A stretch of 64,000 bases of DNA from Trichormus sp. ATA11-4-KO1 (GTDB taxonomy: Bacteria; Cyanobacteriota; Cyanobacteriia; Cyanobacteriales; Nostocaceae). Positions within the stretch are counted from its first letter, which is position 1. Every line of letters begins with the position of its first letter. The stretch is from NCBI GenBank assembly GCA_019358915.1, contig JAHHIM010000004.1, positions 32,001-96,000 of the forward strand, read 5' to 3'. A program made the position numbers and the translations under genes. The notes below the pieces were generated by a model. It had not been told where the DNA came from, did not search any database, and saw only the letters and a list, made by a program, of their open reading frames with translations. This document shows, piece by piece, positions 52,502 to 61,230 of this stretch.

Positions 52502-53239
52502 TTAACTTAAACTATCAGGGTCAATTCCTTGCGAGCGCAAATACTCAGCCAGTCGTTCAGCCCGTTGGCGTTCCTGTTCAGCCCGTTGGCGTTCTTGTTC
52601 AGCCCGTTGGCGTTCTTGTTCAGCCCGTTGGCGTTCCTGTTCAGCCCGTTGACGTTCTTGTTGTAATTGTGCTGATAATTCCGTGGGTATGAGTAATTTA
52701 TCACCAGTATCTAACCTATAGAATCCCAGTAACTCCCCCTCAACTATCACCCTTAATGCCAAAGGTTGACAGATTCCATCCTTAATTAATTGATAAGTTT
52801 CCCCCTCTAATCTATATCCCCGTAACTTTTCTGGAATCCATTCTCCTTTGGGGTCAAATAACCAGTATTCTAAAATGCCTAACTGTTCATAAAGGTTTTT
52901 CTTTTGCTCTTGGTCTTGTTGTTGAGTTCCTTGAGAAGTCATTTCAAATACTACCTGGGGAACTTGACCTTCCTCCCAAACTTTATAGCTATCCCGACCC
53001 CCAGGCGGCACATCAAAAATTACCATGACATCTGGGGCAACTCTTAATTTGGGAAAACCCTGAGCATAGTAGAGAAATTGGTTAGCGAGGACTGTGGCTT
53101 GTCTACCTGCTAGATATTGTTTTATTACTTCTAGGGTAGTCAGAATTGCGTAGAGATGGGTATAGGTTTCTGCCAAAGGTTCACCGTCTGCACTAGGATA
53201 TTCAATATGCGGATTGACTAATTTTATGGTGGTGGTCAT
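52502..53239 (-). CDS. Uma2-family protein with AEQERQR tail
   Basis: YPSADGEP, APDV, FEMTS, EYWLFDP. Confidence 0.9.
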   Translation of the reverse strand: MTTTIKLVNPHIEYPSADGEPLAETYTHLYAILTTLEVIKQYLAGRQATVLANQFLYYAQGFPKLRVAPDVMVIFDVPPGGRDSYKVWEEGQVPQVVFEMTSQGTQQQDQEQKKNLYEQLGILEYWLFDPKGEWIPEKLRGYRLEGETYQLIKDGICQPLALRVIVEGELLGFYRLDTGDKLLIPTELSAQLQQERQRAEQERQRAEQERQRAEQERQRAEQERQRAERLAEYLRSQGIDPDSLS

Positions 53240-53251
53240 AGCTGCTTCATA

Positions 53252-54028
53252 TTAAGGTATGTTGTCTGGATCTATTCCTTGAGCGCGCAAATATTCTGCT
53301 AGTCGTTCAGCTCGTTGACGTTCCTGTTCAGCTCGTTGACGTTCTTGTTCAGCCCGTTGGCGTTCTTGTTCAACTTCCTTTTTTGGGGTTAGCACCCAAC
53401 CTTCTGCATTGTACCAACGCAACCATAAACCGTTTGTCTGCTGATAAGTTCCCTGCCAAAGACCTAATCCTAGTTCTATCTCTGCCAACCAAAATCGGTT
53501 TTCTGCTAGAGATATCGCCTCGTAATGAGCGCCAATGAGTCGAAACACACGCAAGTTATTTTCGTAGCGGTCATAGACAACGTAGTAGGGAACCCGCAGA
53601 ATACGTTCATAAACTTCCCATTTAGTTGGGGGTTTGTTTACTTCTCGTAGTGTTTTCCCTAAATCTTCTAGTTCTGTACCTGGTGAAAGTAGTTCCACTA
53701 CTAAAAATGGTGCAACTCCCTCTTGCCAAATCACATAACTTAAACGTAAGTCTTGTTGTTGACTAGCACTTGGTACTCCCAAAACCATGTACCAATCTGG
53801 GCGCTTGTACCACAAAGTATGGCGGGGGTCATAGTAAAGGTTTAAGTCACTAGCAAGTAAAATTTCTTCAGATGAATAGTTAGCAGGCTGACAAGTCTCA
53901 CTGAGTAAATCTGCCTGAATGCAATGAAATTCGTCCGGCAAGCCTGATTCTCCCACTAATTCACTGGGTAAATCATACATTGTCGGCATGGTTTTTTGTG
54001 GAGAAAGGGGTGGATCAGGTTGATACAT
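53252..54028 (-). CDS. Uma2-family protein with AEQERQR tail
   Basis: PTMYDLPSE, RPDW, VELLSPGT. Confidence 0.9.
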   Translation of the reverse strand: MYQPDPPLSPQKTMPTMYDLPSELVGESGLPDEFHCIQADLLSETCQPANYSSEEILLASDLNLYYDPRHTLWYKRPDWYMVLGVPSASQQQDLRLSYVIWQEGVAPFLVVELLSPGTELEDLGKTLREVNKPPTKWEVYERILRVPYYVVYDRYENNLRVFRLIGAHYEAISLAENRFWLAEIELGLGLWQGTYQQTNGLWLRWYNAEGWVLTPKKEVEQERQRAEQERQRAEQERQRAERLAEYLRAQGIDPDNIP

Positions 54029-54065
54029 GATTGCTACCTCAACAATATTAAAAGCAGGTTTTTCC

Positions 54066-54761
54066 TTAACTTAAACTATCAGGGTCAATTCCTAAAGCAC
54101 GCAAATGTTCTGCCAATTTTTCTGCGCGTTGGCGTTCTTGTTCTGCGCGTTGTCGCTCTTGTTCAGCCCGTTGGCGTTCTTGTTCTGCCAATTCTGCTAG
54201 CTCCGTGGGTATCAATAATTTATCCCCCGTATCTAACCGATAAAATCGCAAAAGTTCTTTTTCTACTGCTACCCGCAATCCCAAAGGTTGACATAAACCA
54301 TCAGTAATCGGTTGATAAATTTCATCTTGTAAACGATACCCTTGTAATTTTTCTTTGACCCATTCTCCCTTCGGGTCAAATAACCAGTATTCTAAAATTC
54401 CTAACTGTTCATACAATAGTTTCTTTTGCTCTTGATCCTGCTTTTGAGTCGCTTTACTGGTGATTTCAAAGACTACTTGCGGAACTTGACCTTCTTCCCA
54501 GACTTTATAGTTATCCCTACCTCCAGGAGGCACATCAAAAATTACCATCACATCTGGTGCAACTCTTAATTTGGGAAACCCTTGAGCATAATAAAGAAAT
54601 TGATTTGCTAGTACCGTTGCTTGTCTGCCTGCTAGGTACTGCTTCAAAACTTCCAACGTCGTTAAAATTGCATACAGATGTAAATACGTTTCTGCCACAG
54701 GCTCTCCATCAGAACTAGGATATTCAATGGTTTTATCTGCTAAATTGATGGTTGTAGTCAT
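54066..54761 (-). CDS. Uma2-family protein with AEQERQR tail (paralog of 52502-53239)
   Basis: Long identical peptide stretches shared with 52502-53239. Confidence 0.9.
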   Translation of the reverse strand: MTTTINLADKTIEYPSSDGEPVAETYLHLYAILTTLEVLKQYLAGRQATVLANQFLYYAQGFPKLRVAPDVMVIFDVPPGGRDNYKVWEEGQVPQVVFEITSKATQKQDQEQKKLLYEQLGILEYWLFDPKGEWVKEKLQGYRLQDEIYQPITDGLCQPLGLRVAVEKELLRFYRLDTGDKLLIPTELAELAEQERQRAEQERQRAEQERQRAEKLAEHLRALGIDPDSLS

Positions 54762-54936
54762 CAGCTTTTCCCTAATCAAGTAAATTATCTACCAGTTGTG
54801 GCGATCGCATTTTAATTCGTAAATAATTTGAGACTCTATCCCCTTGTCCCCTCATCCTCATCTTCCCCCAAATCTATGACCGATGCGACACCGATTCGGC
54901 TAAACTGAGACTTGGTTTATTGCATTGTGACTAGGC

Positions 54937-55128
54937 ATGGAAATCGGACAAAAGGTTAAAGTTTTTCGTCTGCGCGATCGCGTATCTGCCCCTATTGTGA
55001 AAAAACTCGGACAAATAGGCATTATCCAAGGCTACAAAGTCACAGATGGTGGCGGGATTGGTGTAGTGGTACTATTTGATGACAATTCTTCCACTTGGTT
55101 TTTTGAAGATGAAATCAAACTTGTGTAA
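54937..55128 (+). CDS. petP: Cytochrome b6f-associated PetP (DUF2862)
   Basis: MEIGQKVKV.RLRDR, TDG.GIG, WFFEDE; upstream of the ArsA-like gene and chlG. Confidence 0.8.
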   Translation: MEIGQKVKVFRLRDRVSAPIVKKLGQIGIIQGYKVTDGGGIGVVVLFDDNSSTWFFEDEIKLV

Positions 55129-55214
55129 TAGAGAGAACTCAACGCGGAAGCTAAGAGTATTTGCCTAGTGCTAAGTTGGAGTTGAACAGATCAGAGGTAA
55201 TTGAGAATCAAGTA

Positions 55215-56315
55215 ATGTCCCTGATATTGACATTTTTGGGCAAAGGCGGTGTAGCTCGTACCAAAATTGCGATCGCCGCCGCCAAATTATTGGCAAGCCA
55301 AGGCAAGCGTGTACTTCTAGCAGGGTTGGCAGAACCAGTATTACCCATCCTACTGGATCACACCCTGACTGCCGACCCCCAAGAAATTGCTCCTAATTTA
55401 CAAGTTGTGCAGTTGCAATCATCTGTATTGTTAGAACGCAACTGGGAAGAAGTGAAAAAACTGGAGGCGCAATACCTCCGCACGCCCATCTTCAAAGATG
55501 TTTATGGTCAAGAACTGGTAGTATTACCAGGGATGGACAACGCCCTGGCCTTGAATGCGATCCGCGAATATGATGCCAGTGGCAAATATGACGCGATTAT
55601 CTACGATGGTACAGGTGATTCCTTTACCCTGCGGATGTTGGGGATGCCAGAATCTCTCAGTTGGTATGTGCGGCGATTTCGGCAATTATTTGTTAACTCT
55701 GATTTAGGGAAAACTATTGCGGAATCGCCCTTGATTCAACCTTTAATTAGCGGCTTTTTTAACGTTAACTGGACAGCAGATAACTTTGCAGGGCCCACCA
55801 ACCAAGTCAATAATTTTTTAGACAAAGGAAAAGCTGCCCTGACTGATCCTAGTCGCATTGCTGCCTTCTTAGTGAGTACAGTAGACCCTGTAGAAGTAGC
55901 AAGTTCCCGTTATTTGTGGGGAAGTGCCCAGCAAATAGGTTTAACTGTTGGTGGTGTAATTTTGGTGTCATCTGAGTCAAACATCAACCTTGCCGAAGAA
56001 TTTACACCTCTTCCTGTAAGTGTTGTTCCTGATGCTCCCACAGGCGAATGGCAACCTTTGATAGCTGCTCTACCCAACTTTGGAGAACAAGCACTACAGG
56101 CTCCCAAACCCATAGAAATTGACATCCACAACCGTCAGGTACGCTTATTTTTACCGGGATTTGATAAAAAGCAAGTCAAACTCACCCAGTATGGCCCAGA
56201 AGTTACAGTCGAAGCAGGAGACCAGAGGCGTAATCTCTTTCTACCCCCAGCACTAACTGGTAGACAGGTGACTGGAGCAAAATTTCAGAATAATTATTTG
56301 ATAATTTCTTTTTAA
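55215..56315 (+). CDS. Get3/ArsA-like ATPase-fold protein with HSP20-like C-terminal domain
   Basis: FLGKGGVART, LPGMD, FLPGFDKKQVKL. Confidence 0.85.
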   Translation: MSLILTFLGKGGVARTKIAIAAAKLLASQGKRVLLAGLAEPVLPILLDHTLTADPQEIAPNLQVVQLQSSVLLERNWEEVKKLEAQYLRTPIFKDVYGQELVVLPGMDNALALNAIREYDASGKYDAIIYDGTGDSFTLRMLGMPESLSWYVRRFRQLFVNSDLGKTIAESPLIQPLISGFFNVNWTADNFAGPTNQVNNFLDKGKAALTDPSRIAAFLVSTVDPVEVASSRYLWGSAQQIGLTVGGVILVSSESNINLAEEFTPLPVSVVPDAPTGEWQPLIAALPNFGEQALQAPKPIEIDIHNRQVRLFLPGFDKKQVKLTQYGPEVTVEAGDQRRNLFLPPALTGRQVTGAKFQNNYLIISF

Positions 56316-56417
56316 GTACCAGGGGCTAGGGATTAGGGGCTAGAGGCTAGAGTAGAGTTTGCCATCAGGCCAATGCCCTATACCCAATGCCCCATTCGCC
56401 ATTCATAAGTAAGCCTT

Positions 56418-57458
56418 ATGTCAGAATCATCCCCCATTAATCCCAATTCCCAGCCAGCCGAGGCTGTAGACTCAGTTAAACCCAATGAGGAAATTATTGC
56501 AGTTGCCGATCGCAGTGCCAAAACTCGGCAGCTACTAGGCATGAAAGGTGCTGCACCAGGGGAAAAATCCATCTGGAAAATCCGTTTGCAGCTGATGAAA
56601 CCCATCACCTGGATTCCCCTAATTTGGGGTGTAGTCTGTGGTGCAGCTTCTTCGGGTAACTATACCTGGACACTGGAAAATGTGTTGATGTCAGCAGCTT
56701 GTATGTTACTTTCTGGGCCGCTGCTTGCTGGGTATACCCAAACCCTCAATGAATACTATGACCGGGAAATTGATGCTGTAAATGAACCTTACCGCCCCAT
56801 TCCCTCAGGGGCAATTCCCTTACCCCAGGTAATTACGCAGATTTGGGTATTGTTAATTGCTGGTAATGTCCTGGCGTTTTTACTAGACGTTTGGGCAGGT
56901 AACGAATTTCCGACGATTACCACCATAGCTATACTAGGTTCATTTATTGCCTACATTTATTCGGCGCCACCATTAAAACTCAAGCAAAACGGTTGGTTAG
57001 GCGGTTATGCCTTGGGTGCTAGCTATATGGCCTTTCCTTGGTGTACAGGTCATGCTTTGTTTGGCGAACTCAATTGGAAAATTGTTGTCATTACTGTCGT
57101 TTACAGCTTGGCTGGGTTGGGTATTGCCATTGTCAACGATTTTAAGAGTGTAGAAGGCGATCGCCAGTTCGGATTAAAATCATTACCCGTCATGTTTGGC
57201 GTTAACAGAGCCGCTTGGATTTGTGCAGTGATGATTGATATATTTCAAGCTGTGATTGCGTTTTATCTCATTACCATCCACGAAAACTTGTATGCAGCGA
57301 TTTTGCTGTTGTTAATCATCCCACAAATCACCTTTCAGGATATGTATTTCCTGCGTGACCCCCTCAAGAATGATGTGAAATACCAAGCCAGCGCCCAACC
57401 CTTTTTGGTGATCGGAATGCTCGTAGCTGGTTTAGCATTGGGTCATGCTGGCGTTTAG
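56418..57458 (+). CDS. chlG: Chlorophyll synthase
   Basis: LMKPITWIPLIWG, DREIDAVNEPYRPIPSG, NDFKSVEGD. Confidence 0.96.
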   Translation: MSESSPINPNSQPAEAVDSVKPNEEIIAVADRSAKTRQLLGMKGAAPGEKSIWKIRLQLMKPITWIPLIWGVVCGAASSGNYTWTLENVLMSAACMLLSGPLLAGYTQTLNEYYDREIDAVNEPYRPIPSGAIPLPQVITQIWVLLIAGNVLAFLLDVWAGNEFPTITTIAILGSFIAYIYSAPPLKLKQNGWLGGYALGASYMAFPWCTGHALFGELNWKIVVITVVYSLAGLGIAIVNDFKSVEGDRQFGLKSLPVMFGVNRAAWICAVMIDIFQAVIAFYLITIHENLYAAILLLLIIPQITFQDMYFLRDPLKNDVKYQASAQPFLVIGMLVAGLALGHAGV

Positions 57459-57501
57459 CTAGGGACTGGTAAGTGTGGGAGGTGTGCGGAGATCGGGAAA
57501 T

Positions 57502-57538
57502 AACCAATGCCTAATTCCCAATGCCCAATTCCCAATTC
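57502..57538 (+). repeat. Degenerate STRR (CCAATGC/CCAATTC)
   Basis: About five heptamer units. Confidence 0.65.
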
Positions 57539-57627
57539 ACTAAATTTATACTTCTATAGTCAGAAGTTAGCAACGAGGAGTTAGGAGTTAATATACTTTT
57601 AACTCTTAATTTTTATCAGGAATTACT

Positions 57628-57915
57628 GTGTTGGAACTGATATCTCTTGTCATTAAGGAAATTCAACCTTTATTAGTCCCTATTTGTTTTGTTGCTGCTT
57701 GGACTGTACTGATTCTCTTTGTTTGGAGTCTTTGGGCAGCAGCGCGGGATAGTGTCACCACAGCTAAACAAATGCATCAAATACCCTGTACTAACTGCCA
57801 ATTTTTTACCGACAATTATCGCCTGAAATGCACTGTACACCCATCTACAGCCAATACAGAAGAAGCTATTAATTGTTCTGACTATCAACCAAAGACTAAT
57901 CCCATGCTCTATTAG
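57628..57915 (+). CDS. Conserved cyanobacterial small membrane protein with Cys cluster
   Basis: TM segment, then HQIPCTNCQFF...KCTVHP...CSDY. Confidence 0.7.
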   Translation: MLELISLVIKEIQPLLVPICFVAAWTVLILFVWSLWAAARDSVTTAKQMHQIPCTNCQFFTDNYRLKCTVHPSTANTEEAINCSDYQPKTNPMLY

Positions 57916-58180
57916 CATGATTGGACAAGCAGACAAGACTAATTTCTCAGAAAACGGTTAAAATACCTCGATACTGAGCTTGTTCAAAGGCAAAAATTGC
58001 GCCATCTCAGGGGTAGCAACCAATTAAGGACACTGTTAAACCGATATTTTCAGGAAAATATCTTCCAACCGGGGGAAGAATGACTATGGACTTTAGTTGC
58101 CGCTAAACAAGAAAGTTAGAGTTGCAGACCACGGCTTCTAACTGGGGGATATTTATTTAGTGTGCAATCAAGAATTATGA

Positions 58181-59239
58181 TTGGTTCATGAATTCAAAGA
58201 GGGTATTATCAAAAGTTCTTCTAACGAATCTTTTCCCGAAGACCGAGCTGATGAGACAACACCCCAAGTTCATGGCGATGAGAAAACAGCCGACTTGACA
58301 TCCCATCATCAGCAAGAAGATAGTACACTATCGGCAACTTCGCCGCCCTTGACTGCTGCAACGATTAAACGAGTGCAAGAAGGTGTAGCTGCGGCTAGCG
58401 ATCGCGCTGTGCGCGAGATGATTGCCAAAATTTTAAGTCGCTTAGAAGCAATGAGCCAGGGGCATCCAGAACCCAGAATCCATGCTATGGTGCGTCGTTG
58501 TGTATTGCGATCGCTCATTCATCCTCTTTTTCGAGTACGGCTGGAAAACAGCGAGCGGATACCTGAAAAACCAGCAATCCTGGCTGTCAACCATCTCCAC
58601 CATATTGATCCTTTGCTGCTGCTGGCTGAACTTCCTACCCATCCCCACTACTACGTCCTAGGTGATGCTCGTACCCTTTATAACAAGTGGTGGAAACGCT
58701 TGATTCTGCATTTAGTGGGAGGTGTAATTCCTTTAGAACGGATATGGAAAGAAGAAGCAGCCGTCATGGAAGCAGCTAAAGCCGGACGGCAAGACCTTAT
58801 GGAACTGGCTACAGCAATTAAAGACACTGTACCTACAGGGGGGGATATACAGACACTACGACAAATAGACCGTATTGTCCAAGGAATTTTGTCCCAAGGG
58901 GACGGGTTAGTTCTCTTTCCTGAAGGACGATTAGGCAACACCGAGGGGAAATTACATCTTCCTCTCAAGCGAGGAACTGTGATTTACGCTTTGCGGGCTG
59001 GTGTACCGATAGTACCAGTGGTGCTAATTGGCACTCACGATCTCTATTTAGGAAAGCAATTAACTATTCGCTTTGGGGAGCCGTTGTACTTTTCTCAAAC
59101 AACTAAACTCAAGCGACAGGAGGTAGATGCAGTTTTGGAGAGATTAGAGAACGCCATGCTGACTTTATTACCCAATAATTATCAAGAGCCAAAAGGCCTA
59201 AAGTTATTACGTAATTTCCTCAATCATATGTTGTGGTAG
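58181..59239 (+). CDS. Lysophospholipid acyltransferase (PlsC family)
   Basis: NHLHHID, FPEG, VPIVPV, IRFGEP; start uncertain. Confidence 0.88.
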   Translation: MVHEFKEGIIKSSSNESFPEDRADETTPQVHGDEKTADLTSHHQQEDSTLSATSPPLTAATIKRVQEGVAAASDRAVREMIAKILSRLEAMSQGHPEPRIHAMVRRCVLRSLIHPLFRVRLENSERIPEKPAILAVNHLHHIDPLLLLAELPTHPHYYVLGDARTLYNKWWKRLILHLVGGVIPLERIWKEEAAVMEAAKAGRQDLMELATAIKDTVPTGGDIQTLRQIDRIVQGILSQGDGLVLFPEGRLGNTEGKLHLPLKRGTVIYALRAGVPIVPVVLIGTHDLYLGKQLTIRFGEPLYFSQTTKLKRQEVDAVLERLENAMLTLLPNNYQEPKGLKLLRNFLNHMLW

Positions 59240-59243
59240 ATAC

Positions 59244-59555
59244 TTATTTCTCTAAAAAGTTATTAATTTTAAAGTTTGATGTTCCCTCCCAACAGTGGTT
59301 CAAGGATGCACTCACTTGAGCATCGGCTGAATCAGTCGATTCTCTAGAAGCATTAAACTGCACTGCTGTCACAATGTATTCAAAAATAATTACAAACTGT
59401 TTTTGGGGGGAAATTCTCTCAACTACAATTGTTTCTCCTACCTTGGGAATTTGTGCTAAATTTACCGTAAATGTTTCCATTTTCGGCTTATCTAGTGGAT
59501 TTTTAAAATTGAAGTATTTACAGTAAACAATAATTTTCACGCAGAAAACCACCAA
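59244..59555 (-). CDS. Hypothetical small protein (start uncertain)
   Basis: Open frame filling the intergenic gap; IPKVGETI beta-rich pattern. Confidence 0.35.
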   Translation of the reverse strand: MVVFCVKIIVYCKYFNFKNPLDKPKMETFTVNLAQIPKVGETIVVERISPQKQFVIIFEYIVTAVQFNASRESTDSADAQVSASLNHCWEGTSNFKINNFLEK

Positions 59556-59659
59556 TATTATTCAACAATTCAAACTTGGAAGTTTGAAACGTAAGAATTA
59601 ATTATAGTAAGTATCCTGCCAATTTGTGGCAACCAAATTAAATGACGCCAAGTTTAACT

Positions 59660-61141
59660 TCACTGACCTCGCCATAGCCTTTGTAACCAGTGAAAAACTT
59701 TCACAAATATCTCTTCTAGCCAGAGCATAGCATGATCAAGCCACTCTAAAATTTTCTCTAAAGGGTGTCTATCATAGCCTATAAAAATTGCTTCAACGTC
59801 TATCCAGTCTGGCTGAACCTCGACTTGGGTATTTTGGCAACTTTCTGTTATCGCTTGGGAAGTACGAGTTAAAGAGTGCTTTACAGATATTTCTGTGTTA
59901 TTTTGTTGCCTAGGCGACAAAACAGATTTAGCTTTTGGTTTTTTTACAGTCAAATTTTGAGATGACGCTGGCTTGTCAGCAACAGTATCGGATTTACCAA
60001 ACAAATCACTCAACTTCAACCAAGGATCTCTTGCTGAATCTTCATTCTGTAACTGTGTGCTTTTAGGCAAAGACTGAAAACGGCGATGATGGGGTAACTG
60101 ACTCCGTGATTGTCCATCACTGTTTTTAGACTTAATTTTGTGCCCTTTATTAACACCAAAAAAGTAATTAAGTGCCGCCTCAATTAAAGCTGAAAAATTC
60201 AAAGTTTGAGTTTCCAAACTATTAACAGTAACTACTACCTTCCCTCTAGCATCTACCTGTTCTTTACCATAAAGAAATATGTCTAGCTGAGTTTGGGCAG
60301 CTCGGATAATTTCCTGGCTATGCTGTTGTATGGGTAATAAAGCATTTGTTTCCAATTTAGCAATAGACTCGTCTAGGAATGCTATCAACCTGTGAGGATG
60401 AAATAAATCTTTTGGTGTTTTATCAGGAAGTACTGTATTTCCGCCGGTGAGTTTTGCTAAAATCCGGTCAATTTCTGGTAGTAACTTAGTTTGTTGTTTA
60501 GTTTCAGCCAACTGCCAAGAATGCCAATAATTACCAATTTCGCTAATAATTCGGGCTTTTAACTTTGCCTGCTGCTGGGGTGTCAAAATATCTAAAATTT
60601 CATTATCGGCGGTGACAAGTACCAAATTACGGTTGAGCAAATTTGTAGCAATTCCTTGCACTACTGGTAAATGATGTTTGATACTTGTAGCCGAATTGTG
60701 TGAAATCTTTAAGGATGGGGCAGGAATAGGGTGAGTTGGGGGATGATGAAAAAATTTCGACCACAATACACCTAAAAACTTGAAAGGATTAGATGTGATG
60801 GAGGGCTTGGTAGTGGCTGACTCAGATGATAAATTTTTGACTGCCTCTAAGACATGCTGAATGGGTGTATCAGCAGATGGAGGAGTTATTGGCTCAAAGT
60901 CAGTATCATTTGGTTGTAACTGAGGCCGAGATTGTGGTTCTTGCGTGCCCAGTGTTTTCCCGGCTGATGCAGTTGAATTAAATAATAGGTACACGGGGTA
61001 AAGTAATAGTTCCACACCCCATTTACTGGCAACTTGCAAATGCCGAAAGGTGTGTTCCCATTGTTCTGTCAACCGCCGAGATTGCTGGTGGACAAAGTTA
61101 AATAGTCTGCTTTGATAACGACCTGAGGAACCAGAGGACAT
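59660..61141 (-). CDS. Conserved cyanobacterial hypothetical protein
   Basis: YQSRLFNF N-terminus; GYDRHPLEKILEWLD C-terminus. Confidence 0.75.
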   Translation of the reverse strand: MSSGSSGRYQSRLFNFVHQQSRRLTEQWEHTFRHLQVASKWGVELLLYPVYLLFNSTASAGKTLGTQEPQSRPQLQPNDTDFEPITPPSADTPIQHVLEAVKNLSSESATTKPSITSNPFKFLGVLWSKFFHHPPTHPIPAPSLKISHNSATSIKHHLPVVQGIATNLLNRNLVLVTADNEILDILTPQQQAKLKARIISEIGNYWHSWQLAETKQQTKLLPEIDRILAKLTGGNTVLPDKTPKDLFHPHRLIAFLDESIAKLETNALLPIQQHSQEIIRAAQTQLDIFLYGKEQVDARGKVVVTVNSLETQTLNFSALIEAALNYFFGVNKGHKIKSKNSDGQSRSQLPHHRRFQSLPKSTQLQNEDSARDPWLKLSDLFGKSDTVADKPASSQNLTVKKPKAKSVLSPRQQNNTEISVKHSLTRTSQAITESCQNTQVEVQPDWIDVEAIFIGYDRHPLEKILEWLDHAMLWLEEIFVKVFHWLQRLWRGQ

Positions 61142-61230
61142 GGTGGTGATTTGTGAGTTTGAGTCTTGTTGAGTGATGAGACTCCCGCCAAACTGTTAAT
61201 TATTGTCAGTGACCTAATTTTAACGAAAAT

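Noticed and set aside
55215..56315. Arsenic-resistance gene, or novelty of the degenerate P-loop
   Set aside because: No ars operon; matches the known photosynthesis-associated Get3-like family next to chlG.
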